64,000 nt of DNA. It comes from Cyanophora paradoxa CCMP329 (Eukaryota > Plantae > Glaucophyta). Of the stretch, positions 1 to 12,700 are shown in pieces. Under the pieces are notes generated by a model that saw only the letters and a list, made by a program, of their open reading frames with translations, was not told the origin of the DNA and did no database searches. The DNA is taken from NCBI GenBank assembly GCA_004431415.1, contig QPMI01000686.1:1-64000 (forward strand), read 5' to 3'. Numbering within the stretch: position 1 is the first letter of the stretch; every line of letters begins with the position of its first letter. The translations under genes were made by a program, and so were the position numbers.

Positions 1-2453
1 CTGGACCTCAAGAACCCGCACGAGCGCGCCGTCGCCTGCTGGCTCCAGGAGATCGGCAACCTCGAGAAGCAGCTCCGCGCCGCCTGCCCCGACACCTCTC
101 AGAAGGCACCCGCGCCCCGCACGCCCTCTTCCTTTATCTCCCCGGCTGAGGGCGGGCAGGGGAACCGGGAGAACTGGCGGAACGAGTCCTACCTGCGCGT
201 GCCCTTCACCTACGAGGGCGAGCCCGCGCCGGCGCCCCCCCGGCTGGCCCCCGCGGCGCGCCCCTCACGGCCTCGCAGGCTGGTGGTCGGTGCCGTGGGA
301 GGGGACGCTGGAGATGGACTTCGTGGACACGCGCCGCCCGCCGCCCGACGCCGCCCCCGCCGCCCCCGAGCAGCTCCTCTGCCTCCGCCAGCAGGCCCGC
401 CCCGCCCGCCCCCGCCCGCCCCCGCCCGCCCCGAGGCCGCCTGACGGGCGGGCAGGTGGAGGCGGCGCGGATCGAGGAGATCGACGGCGTGTACGCGCAG
501 CGGCCCATCGTCGTGCCGGGCGTCGAGCAGGGGACGGCAAGCGCCCCGACGGCGGCCCGGCGCGGCGCGGCGAGTGGCAGCCGATGATCCAGGCGCTGCC
601 GCCTAAGCGCGAGGTCGTCCGCACGGCCCTCTCCGAGGCCCCCGCCGCCCTCTCCCGCGGCGGCAAGAAGGGGAAGAAGCGCGGCGCCGGCTCGCCCTCG
701 CCCTCGCCCCCGGGCAGCCGCCGGGCCTCGGCGAGCGCCGCGACCCCCGCGACGGCCTCCCCGGGGCCCGCCGCCCCTCCGCCTTCGCCGTCCCTGCCGA
801 CCCGCCGGCGGCCCCCTCGCCCTCGCCCGCCCCCGCGCCCGCGCCCTCGCCGGGGCCGGACGCGCCGGGGAGCGAGGCGTCGAGCGGGGAGGAGGGGGCC
901 CCGGCGCCGGCGGCGGTCCCCGCCGCCCCCCGCCGGCGCGTGTCGGTGCCCTCGTTCGCCGGCTCGGCCGCCTCGGGCGGCTCGGGCTCCGAGGGCGAGC
1001 AGGCCGCCCCGGGCCGCCCCGAGGCGGCCCCCGGCACCGCCGCCGCCGCCGCCGCCGCCACCTCGCGCGGGCCGCTCACGGGCCGGCACGCCGGCTCGCT
1101 GACGACGCGGCGGGGGGCGGGCCCCGGGACGGCGCGGGAGCGGGGGCGGCTGGGGGTGAAGGAGCGGAAGCAGCTGTGGGCGCAGATCCGCGTCCTCCGC
1201 TCCGCTTCCCGCGACCTCGTCTTCTCCTGCGAGCAGGTGCCCGCCACAAGGGGGGGGAGCGGCGCCCCTGGGAGAGAGGGAGGGAGGGGAAGGAAGAGAG
1301 ATCGAGAGCGCAGCGCCGCCCCCGGCGGGGCGCGCCTCGTGGCTAACGGCGGGGCGGGGCGGCAGGTGCGGGAGGTGATGGAGTGGTTCGGGGACGCCTA
1401 CTTCCAGGTCGAGGCCCTCGGTCCGCCCGCGCCTTCCAGCGCCCGCTGGCCGCCCCGCCCGACGCCGCCGCGGCCGCCCCGCCGGCCCTGCCCCTCACGC
1501 GCCGGCCGCCAGTGGTGCTCTTCGCGCGGATCGCGGACCTGCACGCGCTCTGGCCCAGCATCATGCTCCGCCTCGACCCCAGGCCCGCCCCCCGCCCCCG
1601 ACCCCGCCCCCGCCGGCTCGTGGCCCCCGGGCCGACCCTCGCGGGCCCCCAGGTACGGGACGCTGGCGGCGCACCGCATCGGCCTCCTCAACGTCATCAA
1701 CCCCGAGGTCCGCCCCCCGCCAGCTCAAGGGGCACGGAGGGACGCTTTTCGAGGCCTTTAGAGGCCTTCAAGGCCCGCCGGGCACACTCTCCTTCCTCCA
1801 CGCCCGCCGGCCGCCCGGTCTAGGAGCCCATGATCATGCTCTCGCCTCCCCGCCCCGCCGCGCGCGCCACTCCGGCCGGCCCTGACCGCCGCCGGCGCCG
1901 GCGCCGGCGCCCGCCGCAGTTCATGGAGGCCAAGTACCGGTGCGCTCTGCTGGGGCCGCCGCGGGCCCGCGAGGCGGGGTCGCTTAGGGGCGGGGCTCGG
2001 GGCCGGGGCGCGCGCGCAGGCTGGACCTCTCGGTGCGGGAGGAGCACGAGGTGGCGCACTGGCTCGCCCTCCTCGAGTCCCAGGAGCCCGGCGACAACTG
2101 GTTCGAGGAGACCTACAACGGCATGGGCGCGCCCCGGGCCCCCTCCCCGCGCCCCGCGCCCCCTCCGCCCTCCACCGGCCTGGTCTGAGCGGGGCGCGCG
2201 CAGGCTTCGAGTGCCCGTCCTTCTGGGTGCGGGAGCCGCCGCACACCGGCATCTTCACCGTCCAGGCGCGCACCCCGCCCGGGCCCCTCGGCCCCGACCC
2301 CCGCCCCGCTCCCGGCCCCGAGCTGATCGCGACTTCCGCGCTCCGCAGTACACGAGCCAGAGCCCCGACATGCGGCGGCGGCGCGAGCTGCGCGAGAAGA
2401 CGCTTATCTACCGGCCCCCCGCGGGGCCCGCCCCCGTCAACCACGCCGTCTGA
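1..2453 (+). CDS. 3' part of a multi-exon hypothetical protein with an internally repeated 'LDL..E..VA.WL...E/DNW..E' unit (uncharacterised protist family)
   Basis: Spliced exons read LDLKNPHERAVACWLQEI..ENWRNE, VPWEGTLEMDFVD, HRIGLLNVINPE, LDLSVREEHEVAHWLALLESQEPGDNWFEETYNG and end ...PVNHAV* at 2453. Introns are short and C-rich. Confidence 0.65.
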
Positions 2454-4148
2454 CCTCCATGCCAGCGGCCGGCCGGCGGCCGCAGCCGAGTTCGAGCGCT
2501 CTGCGTTTGTATGTCGTGGGATGGCATGCCATGATGCGCACTGCGGCAGGCTTCATCTGCAGCCGATATTTCACAAAAAAAAAATAAAGCTAGATCTAGA
2601 TCTGGATCTAGCTATAGAGCTACTCGGCTAGCGCTTGGCCAGCGGCCGAGTACCCGATCGCGATCGCGAGCTCGTGCTGCTCCACCTTCAAGTTGGCTTC
2701 AACTCTCACATTCGAATTCACGACGCGGAATGCGAGTATACGCATGCATGCCTCATTCGACTTTGCGTGTCAAGAGCGATACCCCTGTTCGCAGCGATGA
2801 ATCAATGTGACGCGCCAGCGATGAATCCGTGAATCAATTCGAACGTCACGACACCCGCGAAAAAACAATGCCGTTGCGGGGTACGACTTTATCTAAGCAA
2901 GGAGCTCGAGGCTGTCACTGGGCATGGGTTTCTTTTGGCAGCTCCAAAAGCAGCCGCCCCGGGGACGGCGTCGACGCGTACGGAATGCGCGCTCCAGCAA
3001 TCCCGTGCTATAGCTGGTGTATACGTAGATCCGAAGTTCGGCTCCCGTAATTCGGCTTCCGTGGGCTTGCAATTGACGTTCGGTTCGCGAATCGGCCGGA
3101 CCAGCGTGCTACCGTTACGTATACTGCTTCGCCGCACGTGTAGCGCGCCGCGGTTCCAGTTCCGAGGTTCCAGCGGCTGCAGCTGCATGCAGCTGAAGAT
3201 CGAGGCTAGCTGTAGGCTCGCGCGCGCGGCGCGGGCCGGGCCCGCGGCTGAGGATTCAGGGCGATACGCGTACGATCACTCGGCTGAGCGCGAAAGGCGG
3301 CGCAAAGTTGGCCATCTATAGGTCCGTTACACCATTTCCGCGCGCGGTCGGAGTTCTGATCACGCGGCATGCATATGTGGCATGACCCAGTAGCCATATG
3401 CGTGCCGCCCTCGAGCTCTCTTTACGTATACGCTTAGCTAAGCGGCTAATCATGACTGGACCCGTTACTTCGGCGTGCGCAGATTGCGTGTATATGTCGT
3501 GCACTCGTATCGACCCTCAATTTGCAAGCTTGCCATTCACGGCCTGGTCTCCCTTCCCACGCAGCCCAAGGCGAGTGCCACGGTGAGCAGAGCAGCACGA
3601 CCGCGACATCGGTCACATTGGACGCACGAGTTCTTAATTAAAGCGCTTCAGGCCGCGGGCTGTACATGTGCTGCTTCCAAGTTCCAAGCTGCAAGCTTAC
3701 TGAGTTAGGCAGGCCACAGGTCCGCAGCGATGGCTTTGATTCCACGCGCTCGCTTAGAGCTTGCCCAAATCCGTTTCAGCCGTCGAAATCGGACTAGTAC
3801 TCATCATCGCGTCTTGTATGCGCGACAGATCTGGGCACCACATTCTGCAACGACGCGATGAAGAAATGAACGGGGACAGCAACAACTGCGTGGCCGGAGA
3901 CATGCCTGCTGGTGGCAGGAAACGGTGAACCGTGACGACGTCGGTGTCGTTGCGGAAAGGACACAGCTACGGGCCCCTGCAGCTGCCGCAGTGCACTCCC
4001 GGAGTCCGCGGGACACATTCTCACAGGTGGGCGCCCGCTCCCGCGCGCCCGGGCCCGCGGCCGGCAAGTTAGCCGAGCGAGCTCGAGTCTTAGTCGTTAC
4101 TTACGTTGAGCCGTTTGATTTCGCGGATACGTGTGACGCGCGCGCAGG

Positions 4149-6682
4149 TTGACAACTCTGCTTTTGCAATTACGTATACCAGACTGGAACCGCTGGCCAT
4201 GGTTCGTCGACGTCCGTCGGTCGCTCTCGCTTACGACCGCCTGCAGCTGTTCGCTAGAAATAAAGAATTTGAAAGGGCTCTTCTTTCTTGCATCGGTACC
4301 TTCTTATCACTGAGTCATCGATATCGATGTCTCCATCGCAGGTCGAGAGCGGCAACAGCGTAAAGAAGAGGCCGCTGCGGCAAATCAGCTGCAGGCCTGA
4401 GCCAACGACATCGACACCCATATCCGCTCCAGCCCGGGAGCTTCCGACCAGCAGCCTGCTCGCTCAGGTGCGCGTACTGCCTGCACCTAATCCTACATAG
4501 CCAACAAATCAATTCCGCATCTCGCCAGCGTCGGATTCGTTTGACTCACGCACGCCATGCCCTCAGATAAGACGGGCGCGACAGTTGCAGCCTGCAGCTG
4601 CACTCGCAATCCACATGTCGGACGCGTCAGAGCCGCCGGCGCCGGTGCGAGTCCTGTTTTCCCCGGCCGCGGGATGATCGTGAGAGACTAGACTGGATCC
4701 CGCTTCTCGAATACGGCCTGATCGCCTGCCTGCTCGCTCCTTTGCGTCGCAGGAGGCCGGCGACGAGCGCTCGGGGGGGAAGAGCGGCCCGCGGCGTCGC
4801 AAGAGGGCTCTGGATGCGCCCGTGGAGGCCCCCTCGACGTCGCCGCCGCGACGGCTGAGGCGGGGGCATCGATCGGAGGGGGCCGACCGCGAGCTGCAGC
4901 CGCAGCCGCAGCCGGAGCCGCAGGGGCCGACTCCCGTCGGGGGCGGCGGCAGGGATTCGCGGGCCGGCTCCTCGGCCGCCCCCGCCCGCCCCTCCTCGAG
5001 CTCCGGATCCAGGCCCTCGCGGGCCCGCTCAGTGTCGATTTCCGCGCTCTGCGGGACCGACAGCCCAGCCGCGGACCCTCCCACGCATGGCCACCTGAGC
5101 CGGTCGGGCGCCGGCGTCGCCCCCTCCAGCGTTGGCGGCCCCGATCACGACGGGACCGCCTCCGAGTCGCCGTCGCCCCCGCCACGCGCCCCGCGCCCGT
5201 CCCACGGCCAGCCGCCGCCGCCTCCCGCGGGAGCGACCGCGGGGCCGCTGTCGGGTCTGGCGGCGTCCATCGCGCAGCTCCCGCCCCCTTCCTTCGAGTT
5301 CGTCGCCCCTTCGAGGACAGAGGCGCCGGCGCCCGCCCCGGGCCCGCGGCTGCGCTCCTCCGCCAAAGCACAAGCGACCCCCACCCCATCTTCTTTTCTT
5401 CCGCCCCCCATTTCTTTGTCCTCCTTTTCGGCGCACCCGATTCCTCCTCCCCGGGCGATCGTCCTCCCGCCTCCCCCCACGTACCTTGTGGCCCCGCACC
5501 CCTCCGCGCGACCCGCGCGCGCACTGCATGCGCAGCCATCACCCGCGGAGCTGTCGCCACCCCGGCCGGCGCCCCAGCGAGCGGCGGAGGCCAGCGATGG
5601 GTCGCAGGCGGGGGAGCACGCCTCCTCTGCCGCCGCGATCGCGAGCTCCCGGGACCTCGCGCCCGACCGCAGCTGCGCGGAGCCCCAGCCCGAGCGGTGC
5701 CCCCCCTCCTCTGCCCCCCTGCCGGCCGCGGCGCTGATCACGATCGCGTTCCCCCCCCATGTCTGGCAGATCCAGAGCGGGCGTGGCCATGGACGAGCTC
5801 GAGCCGATGCGGGGAGGCCTCGCGGAGCACGTGCTCGACCCGCTCGGGCACATGTCGGCGCTGGCGGCGCGCAGCCTGCAGCTCCGCGAGGAGCTCGTTC
5901 GGATCCAGGAGGAGTCCCTTCGCTTCGTCTCGCTCCTCGCCGCCCGCCCCGCCCCTTGCGGCCCCATCGCGATCGCGAGCGGCGCACACGGTTCCCCCTC
6001 GCGCTCGGCGGCACCCGCCCCGCTCCAGCCCCCGCCGCCCTGCTCCCCGCCGCGGCCGCAGCTCATGCGGCCCCCCGGGGCCTTCCCGGCGCCCCTCAAC
6101 TTTCCGCACACTGTGGCCCCCGCGGCGGCCACGGGTGCGGGCCCCCCCTCGCTGGAGCTCTTGCGGGGGGCGCCCTCCGCATCCCTCCTGCCCCCGCCTC
6201 CTCCCCTCGCCCGGGCGCCCTCCGCAGCCTCCAGCTCGAACCACGCGCAACCCGAGCACCTCCCGCCCCGCCACGGGCACCCTCACCGCCCCGCCTCCGA
6301 GGCCGGCCCCGGCCTCGGCCCCGGCCCCGGCCCCCCGCAGCCGGGGCCCGGGCCGCCAGCGCATGCTCCCCCTTCGCCCCCCGCGCCCCTCTCGAGCTCC
6401 AGCTCCGACCCCGGGAGCTTCGCCGCGCGCGTCAACTTCGCGGCCTCGACCCTGGGCCTCCCCCCGACGTCCCTCTGGCTCCCGCCCCAGCCCCCCGGAC
6501 ACATGGCCGCCCCCCGGCCTCCAGCGGAGGGCCTTCCGCCGCCCTCGCGATCGGCCCCCGGGGCCCCCGGCCTCGCCATCGCGGAGTGGCCGGCGCCAAT
6601 ATCAATGGCACCGGTACCGTGGCCAGCCGGCGCGCCGGCCCCGTGGATGCCGCCTCCGCCTCCGCCTGCGCGCGCCCCGTGA
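4149..6682 (+). CDS. Hypothetical Pro/Ser-rich protein with a short coiled coil; 5' end unresolved
   Basis: Small exons bounded by cag|..|gt (VDNSAFAITYTRLEPLAM; LFARNKEFERALLSCI), then long Pro-rich exons. The last exon contains LQLREELVRIQEESLRF and stops at 6682. Confidence 0.4.
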
Positions 6683-6927
6683 TCGTGACCATCACGGCAT
6701 GATCGTGGACCGTACGCGTCGGACGTCGGATGGAGAGCGAGGTCGAGGTCCGTGGCTGCGCGTACATGTAGGACGCCTTACACGCCCCCTTGCAATTGAC
6801 CATGTCCACGCGCTGCAGGCCTCCACGCTCCCTCGCCGGCTAGCGCTCATGATCAGGTCTAGCATTACTCTGAATATATAGTGTAACAGTTAGCTTTCCA
6901 TTGCTAGATCACGAGCTACGTATACAT

Positions 6928-7071
6928 TGTTGCGTGCAGTGTGAGGACCCGGGATGATTCGGGGAATCACTAGCCTCTCGCGAGATGGCCTATTGGTAGA
7001 ACTGCCGCCTTGACACCCCTTAGTCGTTGGTTCGACTCCGGCTGGGTCCGGGTCGCAACGCGTCCATAACA
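6928..7071 (+). repeat. 5' LTR
   Basis: Identical to 7383-7526; TG...CA termini. Confidence 0.92.
6986..7039 (+). promoter_or_regulatory. Pol III type-2 internal promoter (A box and B box) inside the LTR; repeated at 7441-7494
   Basis: A box TGGCCTATTGG at 6986-6996 and B box GGTTCGACTCC at 7029-7039, with tRNA-like spacing (43 nt start to start). T-arm GTTGG-TTCGACT-CCGGC. Confidence 0.75.
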
Positions 7072-7089
7072 TGGGGGCTGCTAACGGAC
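7072..7089 (+). other. Primer-binding site (tRNA-Pro-like)
   Basis: TGGGGGCTGC.. directly after the 5' LTR; the first 8 nt match the classical tRNA-Pro PBS TGGGGGCT. Confidence 0.6.
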
Positions 7090-7371
7090 CTGGTTCGACT
7101 CCCGACGAGGGATAGACCGGGCTTCGAATCCCACGCGGGGCGCTAGGAAGCGCTGGCTGAGGGCCGCTGCATCGCGGTACCCCGATAAGCCCGGCACCTG
7201 CATCGGTGGCCGCCGAAGAGCCTAGAAACTGCGCGCACGGAAAAAAGCGGCAGTTGCGGCTGTGTGAAGTGGGTGTCACGTGCGGCATGTGACCGAGGTT
7301 GAGATCGCGAGTTGTGAGGTGAAATGCAGCAATGGAACCGCACGGAAGGATCTCGGGGTCGAGATCACCGT

Positions 7372-7382
7372 GGCGGGGGGGA
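7372..7382 (+). other. Polypurine tract
   Basis: GGCGGGGGGGA immediately before the 3' LTR. Confidence 0.7.
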
Positions 7383-7526
7383 TGTTGCGTGCAGTGTGAG
7401 GACCCGGGATGATTCGGGGAATCACTAGCCTCTCGCGAGATGGCCTATTGGTAGAACTGCCGCCTTGACACCCCTTAGTCGTTGGTTCGACTCCGGCTGG
7501 GTCCGGGTCGCAACGCGTCCATAACA
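7383..7526 (+). repeat. 3' LTR
   Basis: Identical to 6928-7071. Confidence 0.92.
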
Positions 7527-8147
7527 ACATACATAGACAGCTGCAGATAGAAAAATATACTTGATACGGCCTAGCCTAGTAGGCCTAGCTATAGCTATAG
7601 TATCTCACACATTGAATTCGAAGCTGTACATCTTGATAAACTTGAAACAGATCAATACGTGCCAGGCTGGATATATACCTTTCTTTTTCGCTTTTCAATT
7701 TCAAAGGGGGTATGCGCAGTACCAGTACTATGCTCCTCGCCGGACTTGGCTAGCGCTTGGCTTGTAATTAGTATTGTTTTGATGCGATGTTGCCTCGAAC
7801 TCATATACTATCGATCATCGGATCGCCGGCGTCGACGTCGGACTATCGTGCATGGTATTTAGGAACAGAACTGGCAGACCATGATCATGATGGTAATAGT
7901 ACTCTGACAGATATATATTGATCATCAGACCCCCCGATTTTGTTCTTATTTCCGAGTTCTTGTGAGTGGCGTATGCCCATTAGACGTATGTGAGTGACTT
8001 CCGAGTTCTGAATTCGAATTCGAATTTAGTATGCAGCCCCCGCATGCGCAGAGCTGGTGTCGAGAGACTGTGGCCGGCAATTCACCAAAAACCACTCTGA
8101 ATTCAGTATGGCTCTCATGCGAACATGCACACCGATCGCGACGTCGA

Positions 8148-9343
8148 CCAGCCGATGGGGAGGCCGGTGCCGAGGGCGCGCTCGGCAACCCACATCAGGT
8201 GCGGCTCCCTCTCTGCGGCGGGTAAACGTCATTGCGGGGGCGGGGGGGCGGGCCCGGGGCGGGGAGCGCGCCGGGGTCGACCCCGAGGTACTTGGCGTGC
8301 TCCGCCACCAGCTGCGCCCCGAGCTCGCCGGGGGCGGGGGTACGTCGTTCGGGGAGAGGGGGGGATGCGGGCCTTCTTCCGCTCGGCGTCGCTGAGAAGC
8401 TGTACCCCGCTCGCGGAGAGGGCCCCTGCCGTCAGCGTCGAGTTCGAGCGCCCCGGCTGGGGGTACGGTGAGCGGAGGGGGGCGGGGGTACGCGGTTGGG
8501 ACCATGGAGCGCGTGTTGGAGCGGGTCGGGGGCGGGGGCGGGGACGGCGAACCTCGGCGCCACCTCCTCGCGGGTCCTCGCGCGCTGCTGGTCCTCTGGC
8601 GGACGCCTGGCGGACGCCTCGATGCGGGCCGCCTCCGACGCCGGCCCCGGCCCGCACGTCAGGCAGCTCGCCACGGCCAGAAGCTGCGCGCCGCGGATCA
8701 GAGCCGCGGTACACGCGCGCGCGGCGCGCTGGGCGAGCGCACCAGCTGGGCGTTCTGGTCCCTCGTGGCGCGGACGAGGCGGTCGGCCTTGGTGCGCAGC
8801 TCGCTCTTCGCGTCGCTGTACCGCTCCGCGACCTCGCAGCTCGGTGCACATCGTGCGGACGTGGTCGATCATGCGCTGCCGCGCCACGATCCGCAGCAGG
8901 CAGCTCCGGACCTCCGGCTCCACCGGAGGCTCCCGCGAGTCGAGGGCCAGCTGCGCCGCCGCCGCGGGGGCGCTGCCCGACCGCTGCACGAGCGCCCGCT
9001 GCTCGATCGCCGAGACGCTGTGGCCGCCGAGCGTCTCCAGCGGGGGAATCGGAGGCGGGCTGAAGCGGGACGCGGCGGAGCCGGCGCCCGCGGGGGCGAC
9101 CACGGCGAGCGCGGTCCGGTCAGCCGCCGACGGGGCCGACGAGGCGCGGGCGGCCCCTGCGCCGATCCCATAGCTCGGCTGCTCGTACACCTCCCGCATG
9201 CACGCCTTCGACGGCAGCCCGTGGACCCAGCGCTGCCGAACGCGGTCAAGCGGGCGGCGCGGACGCGCGCTGCGGGGTCCTCAAACCGCACCTGCACCGG
9301 GGGTGCTGTGCTTAGCGATCGGCAATGCCGAGTCGGCGTCGGC
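8148..9343 (-). pseudogene. Chimeric duplicated gene fragment: 5' part of the 28168 gene joined to the WW-domain part of the 9742 gene
   Basis: 9343-8603 is a reverse-complement copy of ~28150-28878 and 8527-8148 is a copy of ~12971-13358. Introns are retained, the start ATG is altered, and the WW domain is truncated after LPIGW. Confidence 0.8.
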
Positions 9344-9741
9344 TGTGAGAGGCATGCTTTTTCAAGAATTGCCGTACCCGCTGTGACCAGCGCCCCTGAG
9401 CGCCGCGCTTCGCCAGAGTCTCGGCGACGAGCTGCAGCGCGTAAAACGCTGTTAGCTAATATCGTTTACGCGTTTTACATTGCTCTGGGGTTCCCCGGCA
9501 CTGTGCTGAGCCGGCTGTCTAGATCTGAGCTGCAGTTGCCCACATAGCTCAGCTCCTGGCAGCTGTTCAAGAGCTGTGGCTAGCAAGCTGCAGTCCCACA
9601 GCAGCGCGTCGCAGCCATGGATATGAAGTGCGCTATTCGGGCCTCCCGTGACGTTCCAACGTGAAAGTTCCAACTGCGGCGCTGCGCAGAGCGGGCGGGC
9701 GGCCACGCTCGGCGACTGCGACGCCAACGGGCCCGCTGGGA

Positions 9742-12700
9742 ATGCGGCTCGGCCGGCCTGGAACGGCCGGCTCCACACCCGCCCGGTCCGGCAGCGGTCC
9801 CGCGCGCGGCCGAGTGAGCCCCCCTCTCGTCTAAGCGCGCCATCGGTCTCGCGCCCCACTCCTGACGCATAGCTCAGAGCCCCTCGCCCGTGCGCGGGGG
9901 TGGAGCGAACGGGGCCCGCGTGCTCTCCGCGCACAAGCAGCACAGCCAGTCGCTGCACTCGCTGCCCGCAAACGAGTCTGACATGTCTCTGACGGACGAG
10001 CGGCGGCATCGAGCGGAGCGGCCGGTGGCGGCGGGGGCGGGGGCGGCGGCATCGACGCCCGCGCGGCCGGCGGCAGCAGCGGCGGCGGCGGGGGCGGGGG
10101 AGCGGGGGGCGGGGGCGTGCGAGCGCTGCGGGGGGCGGGAGCGGGAGTTCGGGTCGCTGCGGGAGACGATCGCGGCGCTGCGCTCGCAGCTGGCGTCGCT
10201 GGAGGCGCAGCGGGGCGCGGCGGAGGCGGAGCGGCCCGAGTCCCACAAGCTCCTCTCCCTCGCCGCCGGCCTCGTCGCCCTCAAGGCCGAGGCCCGCCCC
10301 CCGCGCCCCTGACCCCAGCGACCCGACCCGACGGGGGCCGCAGGTGGACGGGATCCAGCGGGCCCTCGCGGCGGAGCAGCAGGCCGGCAACGCCCTCCGC
10401 GCCTCCCTCGCCCTCGTGCGCCCAGCGTACGTACCCCCCGACGCCCGGGCCCACGGTACCCCCCGCCAGGCCGAGAAGCAGCTGCTGGCGGAGCGGGCGA
10501 CCATCGTTGAGATGCGGACGACCGCCGACGCGAACCAGGCGCCCCGCCCCGCCGCCCCGCCCGAAATGCGGCCCCGGCGGGATTCGAACCCGCGCGGCGC
10601 AGCTGGCCCTGTCAGAGGAGCGCCGGCTGCGCATCGAGGCCCTCGTGGCCGCCGAGCGCCTCAAGGTGCGGTACCCCCCAGCACCAACCGCGTACCCCCC
10701 TGAGTCCTCCCCCCCCTGCAGGCGGAGATGGAGGCGCTGCGGCAAGGCGGCACCGTGCCCTCCGACGTGGCGCAGCAGGCCGCCGCCGTGCGTCTCCGCT
10801 GTACCCTTCTGACCCGCGCCCCCGGACCCCCGACGCGGGAGGGGGTGCAGGCGGCTGGCGAGCTGGCGGCGCTGCGGGCGACTGGGGCGGCGCTGGAGGC
10901 GCGCGCGGCGGCGGCGGCGGCCTCGGAGGCGAGCCCTCAGGTTGCGCGCGGGGCGGGCCGCCCTGCGCTGAAGGGAGGGCGCAGGAGCGGCTGCGGGAGC
11001 AGGTGGCGGCGGCAGCACGGGAGGCCGGGGCGGCCGGCGAGCGCGCGCGGGCGGAGGCGGCGCGGGCTGCAGAGGCGCAGCAGCGCGCGGCGGCCCTGGA
11101 GGGCGAGCTGAGCGCCGCGCGGGCCGCCCTCGCCGCCGCCCAGCAGCAGCCGCCCCCTTCGCCGCCGCCGGCGCCGGAGGCCGCCCCTGCCGGGCCCCCG
11201 CCGGAGCTGCTGGAGCGGGCGAGCCGGCCCCGCAAGCCCGCGCCCCGCACCCGCCCGACGGCCGCGCAGATCTCAGAGCTCGAGGCGGAGCTGCGGGAGG
11301 CGCGGGCCGACGCCGCCCGCAGCGTGCGCGCCCCCGCGCCCGCCTGCACCCGCACGATGGAACCCAACCCTCGGCAGGGCGCCGAGCGGGACGGACTGCG
11401 CGAGGAGCTGATTCGCGCGCGGGCCGAGGCCGTACCCCCCGCCTCCGCCGACGAGGCTATGGTGCAAAAAGGAATCCCGTACCCCCTGCCGCGCTCCGGA
11501 CCGACTCGGGTGCAGGTGGCGGCGCTGAAAGCGGAGGTCGAGGCGCAGCGCGGCGCGGCGGACGCGCTCAAGGTCGGACGGCGTACCCCCCGCGTCTTCT
11601 CCCCCTCGCTTGCGACCCCGCGGGGCGCGGGCAGGCGGCGGCGGCGTCGGCGCAGGAGGCGCAGAAGCTCGCCGAGCGCGAGCTCGCCGGCGCCCGGGAC
11701 GCCGTTCGGGCACGTACTCCCCCTCCTCCCTCCCCTACCCCCTCAGCGCGCGCCCGTGTGCCCCGGCCCCTCTGACGGCGGCGGCAGGCGGCGGAGCAGC
11801 GGGCGGCGGCGGCGGAGGTGAAGCTGGCGGCCGCGCAGGAGGCGGCCCGGGTGCGGCCGCCGCAGTGCGCCCTGCCGCGCCCCGCGCCGCCGCTCAGCGG
11901 GCGGCAGGCGGCGGAGGCGCGGGCGGCGGCGCTGGAGGCGCAGGCGGCGGAGGCGGCGCCGCGGGAGGCGGCGACGACGGCGGAGCTCGAGCGGGCGCTG
12001 GCGGAGGAGCGCGCGGCAGCGGCGGCGGCGCGCGGGGAGGCGGAGGCGGCGCGGAGCGAGGCTGCGCGGCTGCGGGAGGAGGCCGAGCGGCTCGCGGCGG
12101 CGGCGTCGTCGTCGGGGGCGCGGAGGCGCGGGTGGCGGAGGCGGAGGGGCGGGCGGCGGAGGCAGCGCGGGGGCGCGCGGAGGCGGAGGCGCGCGCGGCG
12201 GCGCTGGAGGCGGCGCTGGCGGGGGAGCGGGAGGCGGGGGCGCGGGCGCGGGAGGAGGCGGCGGCGGGCTCGCCGCCCCGCCGCCCGCCTCGCCGAGCTC
12301 GAGCGCCAGGCCCGCCCCGGCCCGCTCCCCCACGCCTCCCCCCGGCGCTGACGCGGGGCGGGGGCCAGGTGCAGGCGGAGCGGGAGGCGGCGGCGCGGCT
12401 CCGCGAGGACGCCGTCCGCGAGTCGGCCGCCCGCGAGGCCCGCCCCGCCCCCGCCCCCGCCCCGCCCCGCCCCCATTTGCTGAGGGTCCCCTTAGGCGGC
12501 GCTGGAGGAGGCGCACCGGGCGCACCGGGCGGCGGACGAGCGCGCCGAGGCGCTCGGCGCGCAGCTCGCCCGCGCTGCCTCCGAGAAGGCCCGCCCCGCC
12601 CGCCCCGCCCGCCCGCCCCGCGCCGGGAGCGAGGGGGCGCGGGGGCGCAGGGGGCGCTGGAGGAGCGGGCGCGGACGCTGGAGGGGCGCCTGGCGGCCGC

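Larger units (their letters stand above)
6928..7526 (+). mobile_element. Non-autonomous miniature LTR retrotransposon (TRIM) with tRNA-derived LTRs
   Basis: Two identical 144-bp direct repeats TGTT..AACA (6928-7071 and 7383-7526). A TGG-starting PBS follows the first and a G-rich PPT precedes the second. ACAT flanks both ends as a TSD. No coding capacity. Confidence 0.9.

Noticed and set aside
6975-7050. Functional tRNA gene
   Set aside because: A/B boxes and a T-arm are present, but there is no convincing anticodon or acceptor stem, and it sits inside an LTR.
9441-9478. GTAAAACGC..GCGTTTTAC hairpin as a Helitron or transposon end flanking the chimeric fragment
   Set aside because: No matching opposite terminus or TSD could be identified.
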